From the IMG/VR virus record IMGVR_UViG_3300012259_000001, positions 62,001 to 126,000 of that record: a stretch of 64,000 bases of DNA; one strand, given 5' to 3'. Under the pieces are notes generated by a model. The model was not told the origin of the DNA. It was given only the letters and a program-made list of their open reading frames with translations, and ran no database searches. This stretch comes from an uncultured virus (IMG/VR IMGVR_UViG_3300012259_000001). Its lineage: Duplodnaviria > Heunggongvirae > Uroviricota > Caudoviricetes. This document shows positions 1 to 8,896 of this stretch, piece by piece (positions within the stretch are counted from its first letter, which is position 1; every line of letters starts with the position of its first letter). The translations under genes were made by a program, and so were the position numbers.

Positions 1-2
1 GA

Positions 3-155
3 CGGGGAGATACCTTAGTGGAAATCCTTCGTGAGCGAGATGCGCCTGTCACCTTCAATATTGAGGAACAAGCACAGGAGTGGTTGGAAGAAGCAGAAGA
101 CAACGGTGACTACGTCCCCGAACGTGTCCGACGTGCCTTGGAAGCAATGCGATGA
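3..155 (+). CDS. 3' end of hypothetical protein (truncated by window start)
   Basis: Frame 3 is open from position 3 to TGA 153-155 (RGDTLVEIL...ALEAMR*), with ATGA overlap onto the next ORF. Confidence 0.6.
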   Translation, partial: RGDTLVEILRERDAPVTFNIEEQAQEWLEEAEDNGDYVPERVRRALEAMR

Positions 156-562
156 GCCAGGTGGTGGTGTTGGCAATCCCGAACTCCGAACTACCACCTG
201 CCCCCCTTAAACTCTTGACGTACTTAAATGAGTCGTCGCAAAGCTTGTGTTGTTTGGCTGTGAAACTCTTAGGTAATAGGAGCGACAGTCAAGTGTTGGC
301 CGATTTATTCTTTGATCGGGTCTTAGGTGATGAAGGGGTGGCGTACTCGGAAACGGTGACCCACCTACACCAACAGTACCAAGATTACATGAATGCGCTG
401 GACCACTTACTCTTCCAATACATGGGAGAGCATATGAGTCAGTGTAACCTTCGCGTCAGCAAACAAACCCAAGCTGTGCTAGTCGTGGAATGTCACTATG
501 ATCCTATCGATCCCCTTGAGTCACCTGATAGCGATGTACGAACACGTGGAGCCACACCTTGA
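152..562 (+). CDS. hypothetical protein
   Basis: 136-aa ORF, translationally coupled (ATGA) within an operon-like run. Confidence 0.65.
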   Translation: MSQVVVLAIPNSELPPAPLKLLTYLNESSQSLCCLAVKLLGNRSDSQVLADLFFDRVLGDEGVAYSETVTHLHQQYQDYMNALDHLLFQYMGEHMSQCNLRVSKQTQAVLVVECHYDPIDPLESPDSDVRTRGATP

Positions 563-953
563 GCAAAATAAGATGTCTCTCAAGGACTTCATGGAAACAT
601 CGGTTACGGTCATGGATAAAGTTGAGATAGCCGACCAACGTAGCTACTGCAGTCACCCTGCGTACTACTTGGACTTCTCAAGTCCCTTCCCCCTCCCCAG
701 TACTCCCCCGAGATCCACCACCATTCTGGCTGAGTTCGAGCAAAAAATACAACACGTGAATCCAACGAATTGTTATGAAGACGTGAACGACGCCGTCGTC
801 CACCATCAACTTACTGCGTTGGCTTTAGAAGTGTATTATGAACTCGTGAACTTCATGGAGGTTTACAAAATCGCAAACCACCCGATGCTGTATCGCAGTG
901 TGGTCGGTTGGCGAGGTCAGAATATGCTAGTCAAAGTCTGCCGCAGATCCTAG
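498..953 (+). CDS. hypothetical protein
   Basis: 151-aa ORF followed by a hairpin at 950-971. Confidence 0.7.
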   Translation: MILSIPLSHLIAMYEHVEPHLEQNKMSLKDFMETSVTVMDKVEIADQRSYCSHPAYYLDFSSPFPLPSTPPRSTTILAEFEQKIQHVNPTNCYEDVNDAVVHHQLTALALEVYYELVNFMEVYKIANHPMLYRSVVGWRGQNMLVKVCRRS

Positions 954-977
954 AGGGCTTAGGCCCTCTAGTATGCC
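950..977 (+). terminator. hairpin + TATGCC
   Basis: CTAGAGGGC-TTAG-GCCCTCTAG followed directly by TATGCC. Confidence 0.55.
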
Positions 978-991
978 GGAGATTTTATAGA

Positions 992-1408
992 ATGAATTTA
1001 GTCATTGACTTGCGCGATGCAGTATCGGATTTCACAGGCGCCACACGAGCCATGACTAACATGGACTACGACATTGCTGAGATCGTAGTCAGTTTGACCG
1101 ACATCATGTTACGCCGCTATGATCCTATGGCGGTAAATGGTTACGTGTTCTCCTATCAGGTGTATGGACATTCTACCCAACACCCCAATAACGACGGGAT
1201 GATCCTTTCAACGGCTATCTCCGTTCTTTCCAATACCTTACAACATCGTCTGTCGGCCATGCAGGTCTACACACCCCAGGGCGAGAGCCTTTTCCAACTC
1301 GATCGTTTCGTCGGGGAACTGTTGGTGTTAAAACCTAAATTGCTGATTACTTCTAACCTCGAGGTTAATCTGCATTATGAAACTCATAAACGTCTCGACC
1401 ACCTCTGA
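992..1408 (+). CDS. hypothetical protein
   Basis: ORF 908..1408; ATG 992 preferred (GGAG upstream, lies after the hairpin). Confidence 0.7.
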   Translation: MNLVIDLRDAVSDFTGATRAMTNMDYDIAEIVVSLTDIMLRRYDPMAVNGYVFSYQVYGHSTQHPNNDGMILSTAISVLSNTLQHRLSAMQVYTPQGESLFQLDRFVGELLVLKPKLLITSNLEVNLHYETHKRLDHL

Positions 1409-1781
1409 GGATATTGAAGAAGCCCTTCAGCTAGTGGGTCGACACCTGAACCAAGATGCGCTTAATGACATCCCAGGGTTGAGTCAGGCGGTTAAGCATC
1501 TGTTGGCCTACATCGTCCAATCGATCTACGAAGCCATTGATCCGTTCGACGAACCGAGCCTGTCGGGGGAGATCGAACAATTCGACAGTCAACTCTTGGA
1601 TAAAGTAATTCACCATGTCCAACAGTTGGCCGAAGATCCGCTACTCAAACCCTTGCTTAAGCAAGGTAAGATTCGCGACATCACTTTTCTTAACGATGAG
1701 GGTTTGATCCTTCTCGAACTGGAGTCCAAACACAATGGCCACGCAAGACCAATTCCCACTTTCAAAGCAAGTCTCTTTTGA
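1377..1781 (+). CDS. hypothetical protein
   Basis: 134-aa ORF with GAGGT upstream. Confidence 0.7.
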   Translation: MKLINVSTTSEDIEEALQLVGRHLNQDALNDIPGLSQAVKHLLAYIVQSIYEAIDPFDEPSLSGEIEQFDSQLLDKVIHHVQQLAEDPLLKPLLKQGKIRDITFLNDEGLILLELESKHNGHARPIPTFKASLF

Positions 1782-2154
1782 AGTCTACCCCAGCCTGATC
1801 CTGGGTAACAACTTCAAAAACGTTAAGGTGATGGGTATCGTTGATGCGGACACCGCACGTATGTTGGGTCTGGATGCACCGGCCATGCATGCCAACGTTT
1901 ACCCCACACTGCCTCAGGGGTCGGTAGATGCGTACGATGAGTACCTCTACGTCCGAGTCAAACACAGCAATGGTCAACAATCCATTCTGGGTTTGCCTTG
2001 GATCAAGACCTCGTCTGTACAAGTGCTGGACTACACCAACGTCATGGTGCGTGTAGGCAATGTCAATCCGGGCGAGGCTGAAAAGATCCTCGAGGCTTTG
2101 GCTGCTAACGGATTCCACCAAGTAGAAATCGTGAAACAGTCGTCCGCTATCTAA
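1735..2154 (+). CDS. conserved phiKZ-like small protein (positional gp49-like)
   Basis: 139 aa, GGAG SD, strong codon bias; position just upstream of the DNA polymerase gene recalled from phiKZ-like phages. Confidence 0.6.
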   Translation: MATQDQFPLSKQVSFEVYPSLILGNNFKNVKVMGIVDADTARMLGLDAPAMHANVYPTLPQGSVDAYDEYLYVRVKHSNGQQSILGLPWIKTSSVQVLDYTNVMVRVGNVNPGEAEKILEALAANGFHQVEIVKQSSAI

Positions 2155-2177
2155 TGACGTTCGACTGATGGGTGGTC

Positions 2178-2218
2178 GCGCTCAAGCTTCGGCTTGGGTG
2201 CCCCGCCTTTATTTTTTC
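2178..2218 (+). terminator. intrinsic terminator
   Basis: GCGCTCAAGC-TTCG-GCTTGGGTGC followed by a T-rich tract. Confidence 0.6.
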
Positions 2219-2240
2219 CGTTTTTTCAAAAGGTGATCCT

Positions 2241-2828
2241 GTGCGACTACGGCGACTAATGATCAGCTTGGAGGAACTCGCAGAAAGCGAAGGTAAAGCC
2301 AAGCAAGAAATCGAGTACACGTTCTTTGCTCGTGTAGAGAACTTTGACTGGATCAATCCTGAACTCCTCAAGGAGCAGCAGGAGCAGGCTGAGATCCATG
2401 TGGACAAGGGCGAGAAAGGCTTTGGTCAAATTCGGGTACGGGCAGTCAATGACCGCGACTACGAACTGTGTCTGAAGTTCAAGACCCCCGGCGAGTTGGG
2501 TAAGAAAGAAGCTGAGAAGCCTGTCACTCAAGACATGTTCGAACTCATGCTGTTGATGGCACCCCATTCGCTGCGCAAGAAGCGTTACTGCTACCCCATT
2601 GAAGGTTCTGACTACCAGTATGAGGTGGACGTCTTTGAAAACATTGACGGCGAACCCTACGACTGGGTGAAAATTGATCTTGAGGTGTTGCTCAAAGACA
2701 AGGACATGGAAATTCCACCCTTGCCGATTCCAACCGTCGAGACCATCATGAGTCAGTCCTCTCAACGTACTCCGGAAGAGTACAAAAAGGTGGGCGAGTT
2801 GTTTGAAACTTGGGCGATTAAACGCTAA
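2241..2828 (+). CDS. CYTH (triphosphate tunnel metalloenzyme) family protein
   Basis: EIEYTF (ExExK-like), IRVR, LCLK, EAE, KKRY, YEVDVF and DLEV in CYTH order; GTG 2241 follows AAGGTGATCC. Confidence 0.75.
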   Translation: MRLRRLMISLEELAESEGKAKQEIEYTFFARVENFDWINPELLKEQQEQAEIHVDKGEKGFGQIRVRAVNDRDYELCLKFKTPGELGKKEAEKPVTQDMFELMLLMAPHSLRKKRYCYPIEGSDYQYEVDVFENIDGEPYDWVKIDLEVLLKDKDMEIPPLPIPTVETIMSQSSQRTPEEYKKVGELFETWAIKR

Positions 2829-2834
2829 AGGTGT

Positions 2835-2862
2835 GTACCCGCCTTCGGGCGGGTGTATGCCC
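2835..2862 (+). terminator. hairpin + TATGCC
   Basis: TACCCGCC-TTCG-GGCGGGTG then TATGCCC. Confidence 0.6.
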
Positions 2863-2922
2863 GCTGTAAATAAATCTTAGTTTGACCTATCTGATAAGAG
2901 TGGTCTCAAACAGGTATCTGTC

Positions 2923-5094
2923 ATGAACAATGCATTCATTAAGCCCGCCAGCCATTACAACCGTGACTTGGATGTGCTGGGAAACTATCGCAGTGACATG
3001 GCTCTTTATCTGTCCAAGCGCACTGGGAAACCCCTTGAGGTTTGTCAGGCATGGGTTAACCAAGTGACGGCACGTGGCGGTCGTTTGGAGATCAAAGATC
3101 CAGAAGTTCTGCACCTGGCCCGTAATAAAAACGGTGACCGTGAACAAAAGGTCCTAACGTACACCGAATACCTTAACAACATCAAAGACCGTAGGTTGTT
3201 GTTCTCGCCTGCCATGACAGTGTACGAGAACCCCAATCGCCGAGAGTCGCTCCTCTCCATTTATGTTACCGGTAACATTGAGGGTCGTGCTAAGGTGAAA
3301 GACGAGGCCTTCGATGCTCAAATGGCGGGTAATATGGTCGTGGCGGACATTAAGGAGAACGAACAGTCCACGTACAAGATCGCCAACAACTCGATCTCTG
3401 GTGGTCAAGCTTCGGCTTCGACAATCTTCTACAATAAGTCGGCTCACTCCAGCCTGACATCCACCTGTCGTGTGGCCACCAGTTACGGTAATGCCAATAA
3501 CGAGAAGTTCTTGGCGGGCAATCGTCACTACTGGGCCCCTGATGTGGTCTTGGCCAACATCACCTCCATCATCGGTCATGTCGACTACAACCTGGTGGGC
3601 AAAGCAGTAGAGACCTACGGGTTGACAATCCCCAGTGTCGACCAAGTTATGGACGTCATCCTCTACAGTACCCGCCATTACTGGCGCAACACTAAGCAGG
3701 AGTTGGAAGTCCGTAAGTTGGTAGAGGGTCTCCAACCCTTAGAACGTGTAGCCTTTGTTTACGTGGGCGACATGTGGCATCTGGCAAAGTACAACCCAAC
3801 CTTCGTACACACCTTCCTCCAAATCATGTCCAGTAAGCCTGCCGGCACTACCCTGGCGTACGCCGATGCCAAGGTTTATGTGAAGGGGATGGACAACGAC
3901 CTTAAAGCCTACGTCAGTTTGATCTGTGCCAAAGAGTTGGACGGGCGCACCCTGAAGAAACTATTGGAGTCGGCTGAACAAGGGAATGCTAACGACATTC
4001 ATGGCATCTGCGTCATGGGTGAATTTGCGAAGAAGGTTATCGAAACCCTTGAGCAATACGCGTTGTTGATCGAGGCGTTCTGGGTAACGGACAACGTCCC
4101 TGCATCCGTCGCACGGATTCGTAACTCCATGCGTCATGTGGCAATCACCTCTGATACGGACTCCACGATCTTTGCGGTAGAGAACTGGGTGGAGTGGTAC
4201 TTGGGCAAGGTGGACTTCAGCGAAGAAGCCTTTAGCATCAACTACACCATGGTGTACTTGGCATCTCAGTCAATTATCCATGTCTTGGCTAAACTGTCGA
4301 CCATCTTGGGTGTTATTCCCGAAAAGCTGAACGTTCTGGCCATGAAGAATGAGTTTGCATTCTCGGTGTTCGGTCTGACTTCTATGGCTAAACACTACTT
4401 CGCCTACAAGGCAGCACGAGAAGGCAACGTCTTCAAACACCTCGAGGAGGAGATCAAAGGGGTTTACCTGAAGGACTCGAACTGTCCGCCACAGATTATG
4501 GCGGTGGTGACGGAGACCATCAAGGAGATCATGGACACGGTTATCGCAGACCAACAAATCTCGATGATTGACCTTTACCGCAAAATTGCCAATATCGAAC
4601 TCGGTATTATCGACTCGGTGGTTAAAGGTAAGTCTGAATACTTGGCCCGTTCATCGGTTAAGACGGCCAACTCCTACACCAACCCGAGCCAGTCCCCGTA
4701 TCAACATTACGTGTATTGGCAGGATATCTTTGCCCCGCACTATGGGGACGCTCCTGAGCTACCCTACCCAGCCATTAAGGTATCGCTAGATCTTTCCAAC
4801 AAGACAGCCATTCAGGAATGGATCGCTTCTATTGAAAACCCGGAGGTTGCTGCTAAAATTGCCAAGCACTTCGCCAACAAACCTGGAATGACTACACTAC
4901 TCCTCCCCAAGGACAATGTGGAGCGTCGAGGATTGCCTAAAGAAGTGGTGCAAGCAATGAACATCCGTAAACTTGTCTACTCAACCGTTCGGCCGTTCTA
5001 CCTCATCCTTGAAGCCCTTGGGATCTTCTTGGTGAATGGAAACAACACCAAGCTGGTGAGTGATTTCGTTCAAGAGTGGGAAACGGCGACATAA
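2923..5094 (+). CDS. family B DNA polymerase, catalytic part (phiKZ gp50-like)
   Basis: 723 aa; motif B-like KIANNSISG, motif C ITSDTDST, KNEF and KGVYLK; no exonuclease motifs. Confidence 0.85.
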   Translation: MNNAFIKPASHYNRDLDVLGNYRSDMALYLSKRTGKPLEVCQAWVNQVTARGGRLEIKDPEVLHLARNKNGDREQKVLTYTEYLNNIKDRRLLFSPAMTVYENPNRRESLLSIYVTGNIEGRAKVKDEAFDAQMAGNMVVADIKENEQSTYKIANNSISGGQASASTIFYNKSAHSSLTSTCRVATSYGNANNEKFLAGNRHYWAPDVVLANITSIIGHVDYNLVGKAVETYGLTIPSVDQVMDVILYSTRHYWRNTKQELEVRKLVEGLQPLERVAFVYVGDMWHLAKYNPTFVHTFLQIMSSKPAGTTLAYADAKVYVKGMDNDLKAYVSLICAKELDGRTLKKLLESAEQGNANDIHGICVMGEFAKKVIETLEQYALLIEAFWVTDNVPASVARIRNSMRHVAITSDTDSTIFAVENWVEWYLGKVDFSEEAFSINYTMVYLASQSIIHVLAKLSTILGVIPEKLNVLAMKNEFAFSVFGLTSMAKHYFAYKAAREGNVFKHLEEEIKGVYLKDSNCPPQIMAVVTETIKEIMDTVIADQQISMIDLYRKIANIELGIIDSVVKGKSEYLARSSVKTANSYTNPSQSPYQHYVYWQDIFAPHYGDAPELPYPAIKVSLDLSNKTAIQEWIASIENPEVAAKIAKHFANKPGMTTLLLPKDNVERRGLPKEVVQAMNIRKLVYSTVRPFYLILEALGIFLVNGNNTKLVSDFVQEWETAT

Positions 5095-5131
5095 AAGCTA
5101 GGGAGGGTCGCCCCTCCCTAGCCACCTATGA
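5088..5131. terminator. bidirectional hairpin between convergent genes
   Basis: GCTAGGGAGGG-TCGC-CCCTCCCTAGC flanked by CATAAAA and TATG. Confidence 0.65.
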
Positions 5132-6217
5132 CGTCAAGTCGATTAGTTCTTTGAAACGTTGCTCCCAATAGGGCACTGCCTTTTTAGGTACAGAACCTCG
5201 AAGGACATTGTCGTTGTGAAACCTGATCAGTTCTTGTCGAACCTTGATCAGTTGTGCTCGATTTTTCTTGTTGCCGGTTTCATTGTTCCAATCCACCAGA
5301 AAACGCACCAAGGGTTCTCGAGCCATCATCAGCGCCCATTTCACTTGCCGGGTAGCCAACAGCTTAGGTAGCGCCACGCGTTCCAACGCAGTCGGGGCAC
5401 CAAGCAGCTGGATACTGTCCAACAACTGCTCCATGGTAAAGGCACGAGTCCGATAGTCATGGACCATCTGATCGACGGCCACTTGGAGTCGATCGGTGTA
5501 ATCGGTTAACTGAAAGGGTTTACGCACCTGACTGTCTGCGCAAGGCAAACCCCGATAGGTGTGTATGATGCGGTTCAGGATCGCCCAATCCACTTGGGAG
5601 TACAGTAGATTGTTCAAAGGGTAGGAGGCAATGAACTGCATCACGGTGCGTTGATTCTCAGGATTGAACGACCATTCCCGTTGACGCCATTGTTGGTATT
5701 GAAACGCCAACATGGGTACGTTGATGCGAATCACCGATAGCCCTGACTCTTCGTTGTTCTGAAGACCCCAAGGCAGATCCATACCCAAATCTGTTTTGGG
5801 GTGGTACAGGAACTCAAGGGGTCGTAGTTCTTCCCACGAATCTTGGTGTTCCCTGACATCAAAGTACGCAGAGTCGGCAATCAGGATTTCCTGAGACCCT
5901 TCACCGTAAAGGACCCCTGGGTGGAAGATCCGCCCTTTGTTCAATGGTGAGGTGATGTTCATTGCCATCCCCACACCTTCTGTCCGTTCAGAGACCACGT
6001 CCACCATGCGTTGGGGGTCCATGGTCATGGGTACATTTAAGGAGTGAATGAGACGTACGAGGAAATGATTAGGTTTGACAGCCCGCGGGTAGATTCGGTT
6101 ATAGTGAACCACGCGCTCCAGGTTGCTCCGCAAACCCTTTAAGGAGTAGCGATAGTTGAGGTAGGTAGGAGCACCACCCCGGTTACCCCACTCCCCCTTG
6201 CTGAATAGGGAATACAT
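5126..6217 (-). CDS. conserved phiKZ-like protein (positional gp52-like)
   Basis: 363-aa ORF on the opposite strand between DNA polymerase and chimallin, as recalled for phiKZ-like phages. Confidence 0.65.
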   Translation of the reverse strand: MYSLFSKGEWGNRGGAPTYLNYRYSLKGLRSNLERVVHYNRIYPRAVKPNHFLVRLIHSLNVPMTMDPQRMVDVVSERTEGVGMAMNITSPLNKGRIFHPGVLYGEGSQEILIADSAYFDVREHQDSWEELRPLEFLYHPKTDLGMDLPWGLQNNEESGLSVIRINVPMLAFQYQQWRQREWSFNPENQRTVMQFIASYPLNNLLYSQVDWAILNRIIHTYRGLPCADSQVRKPFQLTDYTDRLQVAVDQMVHDYRTRAFTMEQLLDSIQLLGAPTALERVALPKLLATRQVKWALMMAREPLVRFLVDWNNETGNKKNRAQLIKVRQELIRFHNDNVLRGSVPKKAVPYWEQRFKELIDLTS

Positions 6218-6308
6218 AAAGCCCCCAGAAAATGCGATTTAAAAGAATTTGGCCTACATACTATCCACGTGAATTGGTACCGCTAACACTTCTCTTTAAG
6301 GAATAATC

Positions 6309-6614
6309 ATGACATCTCAAGCGATGCAGGATCTGGAACGTGCTCTGTCCCTTGCTGTTAAGCGCTTTGGTAACCCTACCGGCCTGGTAAATAAAAACAC
6401 CCATAGCAAAGGGTATGTGAAAGAGCGGCAGTATGTACGACTCAAGGTTCGCCACCTAGATAGTGGGGGCGTTCCCTATGGTAACCCGTTTGACTTCGAG
6501 TACTACAGTAAAGAGATCTCTGAACTGGGTGCCGAATGTGAAGCTAAGAAAGCAGCCCGCAAAGAGGGCTACTGTCATTGGGTTACGGCTGAGAATCGTC
6601 GTGTTGAGCTTTGA
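6309..6614 (+). CDS. hypothetical basic protein
   Basis: 101 aa, TAAGGA SD. Confidence 0.7.
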   Translation: MTSQAMQDLERALSLAVKRFGNPTGLVNKNTHSKGYVKERQYVRLKVRHLDSGGVPYGNPFDFEYYSKEISELGAECEAKKAARKEGYCHWVTAENRRVEL

Positions 6615-6738
6615 GGAAGAATGTGGATTAGATATTTAATTACATTCTCACCTATGGTATAGACGAATACAACTTGGTGGGTTTTCCGCCAAGGGATTTA
6701 GGATGCATGATCGCTATCGGTCACCTGAATCGTATTCG

Positions 6739-6763
6739 AAAAGAAATCGGGTATATATTACCC
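6739..6763 (+). promoter_or_regulatory. phiKZ-type early promoter upstream of chimallin
   Basis: A-rich AAAAGAAAT then TATATTAC at 6754-6761, matching the phiKZ virion-RNAP early consensus. Confidence 0.65.
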
Positions 6764-6823
6764 ATTGGAATACTCACCGATGTGTGGGTTGTTTGCGCAA
6801 ACAAACCTGAAGGAAATAAACTG

Positions 6824-8821
6824 ATGAGTGTCAATCGCGATAGCGGGAAATCCAACGGCAGCCTGGCCGATGCCATGCGTCAAGCTGGCCTGGGCGCTAA
6901 CGAAACCCAGCAGGCTCAACCTGCTCCCCAACCCCAACAGCAGCAGATCCCGGAATCGGGAGGGACCACCATGAACACCAATACCTCCGCCCGTGTGGGC
7001 CAGGCCGGCCGTTCGATCATGAACGTGAACAGCCAGCACCGCGGCCTCGTCAGCCGTAACATGAGCGGTGAAACCGTTCAGAAGATCCACGACGGTCTCC
7101 TGGAACGCGCCAAGCGTGTCATGGACACCAAGACCCTCGAAGCCTTCCGCTTCCTGGTGCTGGACAGCAACCAGCTGCAAGTGAACTACTCCAGCATCCT
7201 CGTGTGCATGAAGGAAGTTCATCAGGGTCAAACCCACATCGGCGTCTACGACCTGATGATCGAAGGTTCTGGCCGTCCGCTGCAGCCGAACATCACCACC
7301 ATCGATGGCCACACCATCGAAACGATCTTCGCACCGAGCGACATCTACAACCACAAGTCCCACTGGGACACCGTGAAGAAGTTCGTGATCGACACCTTCG
7401 GCGTGAATGCCCAAGTGCATGATGCCGGTTGCACCGTGATCCCGACCGAGATCGACAAGGAAATTCCGGTCGAGCGTTTCCAAGACTGGCTGCACAACAG
7501 CGTTCAGGCCGTCTGGGCTGTGCTGGATCTGAAGCTGGGTGCCGAGGCTCCGCCCTTCACCCTGGCCGAGTTCGGCGAGAAGGACATCCTGACCGCTCGC
7601 TCCGAGTACGGTTCGGTTCATGGCACCAACATCGTGGGCCTGCCGGTTCGCGAAGACATCGAGCTGACCGTCAGCGCCAGCAACAACGCCGACACCCAAG
7701 GTCTGGACATGCGTCCTCCGCGTGAACTGACCCGTGTGACCGGCTACGTCGATCTGATGTACAACCCGCAGCAGCCTGCTCAGCAGCAATTCGGCATGTT
7801 CCCGATGATGCAGCAGCAGCAGATGATGCCGGGTGTGATGTACCAGCCTCGCCTCGTACTGACCTCCGTCGAATCGCTGACCGACGTCGTGTCCATGGAA
7901 CTCCAACTCCTGGCGCTGTCGACTGCGGTACAGCTGGGTCGTGGTGGCAACTGGTGGAACGCTTTCCGTCGTCCGCTCAAGGCGTACTCGGAAGGTGCCA
8001 ACGCTCGCAAGGGCATCAACCTCCGCGATATCGGCGCCATCGGCTACGAGATCAAGGACCCGGCCAACCCTGGTCAACCGGGCAACAAGATCGACACTTC
8101 GGCCACCAACTTCGGTGACCAGCAGTTTGCTCAGATGATGAGCATGTTCTTCAACCAGCAGCTGCTGTACACGCTGGACATCGAAGAAGCTGGTGAACTG
8201 AGCTGGCTGCAGCAGACCTTCATCGCTGCGGCGAACAAGAACGAAGACGCGCGTAAGAGCATCCTGATGGCGGCCAACCGCCTGACCCTGGGTCGCTTCG
8301 AGAAGCACTTCCCGTTCGATGCGCCGGTGTGCTTCGACGATGCTGACCGCATCCACCTGGGCTACTACACCAACAGCGACGGTCACCTGCGTGATCTGCG
8401 TGAGCTGGACTACCTCGCCATCCTGAACCTGGCCGGCAAGGACGATCCGACTCTGGTGGAGAAGTGGGAGCGTACTCACCTCGATCGCAACATCCCGCTG
8501 GCTGTGCGTCTGCACGAGCGCAAGACCATCATCGATCGCCTGCTCTCCGGCAGCGTCGTGGTCAAGGGCTTCGCGCGTCGCGTGACCTTCTCCGAGCAGT
8601 TCATCAAGGCTCTGAGCGATTCGATCGAAGAAGCCGGTCTGTCCGTACGTCCGGGCAACATGGTTGATTCGTTCAATCAGGGTGCAACTCGCGGTGGCTA
8701 CACCTTCCAAGGCCAGCTGGTCAACCCGAACCTGGGTAACTGGATGTCCTCGGGCGCGATCCAGCCGAACTACGGTACCCGTTTCGGGAACCAGGCGTTC
8801 AGCGGTGTTTGGGGTCGCTAA
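6824..8821 (+). CDS. chmA: chimallin, major phage-nucleus shell protein (phiKZ gp54-like)
   Basis: ~665 aa, very strong highly-expressed codon bias, lies immediately upstream of the nvRNAP beta' gene; motifs LRDIGAIGYE, HLGYY..DGHLRDLRELDYL, GFARRVTF; low-complexity termini. Confidence 0.85.
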   Translation: MSVNRDSGKSNGSLADAMRQAGLGANETQQAQPAPQPQQQQIPESGGTTMNTNTSARVGQAGRSIMNVNSQHRGLVSRNMSGETVQKIHDGLLERAKRVMDTKTLEAFRFLVLDSNQLQVNYSSILVCMKEVHQGQTHIGVYDLMIEGSGRPLQPNITTIDGHTIETIFAPSDIYNHKSHWDTVKKFVIDTFGVNAQVHDAGCTVIPTEIDKEIPVERFQDWLHNSVQAVWAVLDLKLGAEAPPFTLAEFGEKDILTARSEYGSVHGTNIVGLPVREDIELTVSASNNADTQGLDMRPPRELTRVTGYVDLMYNPQQPAQQQFGMFPMMQQQQMMPGVMYQPRLVLTSVESLTDVVSMELQLLALSTAVQLGRGGNWWNAFRRPLKAYSEGANARKGINLRDIGAIGYEIKDPANPGQPGNKIDTSATNFGDQQFAQMMSMFFNQQLLYTLDIEEAGELSWLQQTFIAAANKNEDARKSILMAANRLTLGRFEKHFPFDAPVCFDDADRIHLGYYTNSDGHLRDLRELDYLAILNLAGKDDPTLVEKWERTHLDRNIPLAVRLHERKTIIDRLLSGSVVVKGFARRVTFSEQFIKALSDSIEEAGLSVRPGNMVDSFNQGATRGGYTFQGQLVNPNLGNWMSSGAIQPNYGTRFGNQAFSGVWGR

Positions 8822-8835
8822 TTTAGCGGCCTAGC

Positions 8836-8876
8836 GAAAAGGGGAGGCATTGCCTCCCCTTTTTATTTTTTATGTC
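8836..8876 (+). terminator. intrinsic terminator
   Basis: AAAAGGGGAGGC-ATT-GCCTCCCCTTTT followed by a T tract and TATGTC. Confidence 0.75.
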
Positions 8877-8896
8877 AGCTATGGGAGTCTCGACAG

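Noticed and set aside
6674..6823. Track start of chimallin at TTG 6674
   Set aside because: Lies upstream of the TATATTAC promoter, no SD, and codon usage differs from the gene body
6758..8710. 650-aa antisense ORF opposite chimallin (also 19101..20498, 31284..32558, 50886..52250, 52165..53313, 16234..17208, 43853..44932)
   Set aside because: Shadow ORFs from strong sense-strand codon bias; no motifs, and they fully overlap well-supported genes
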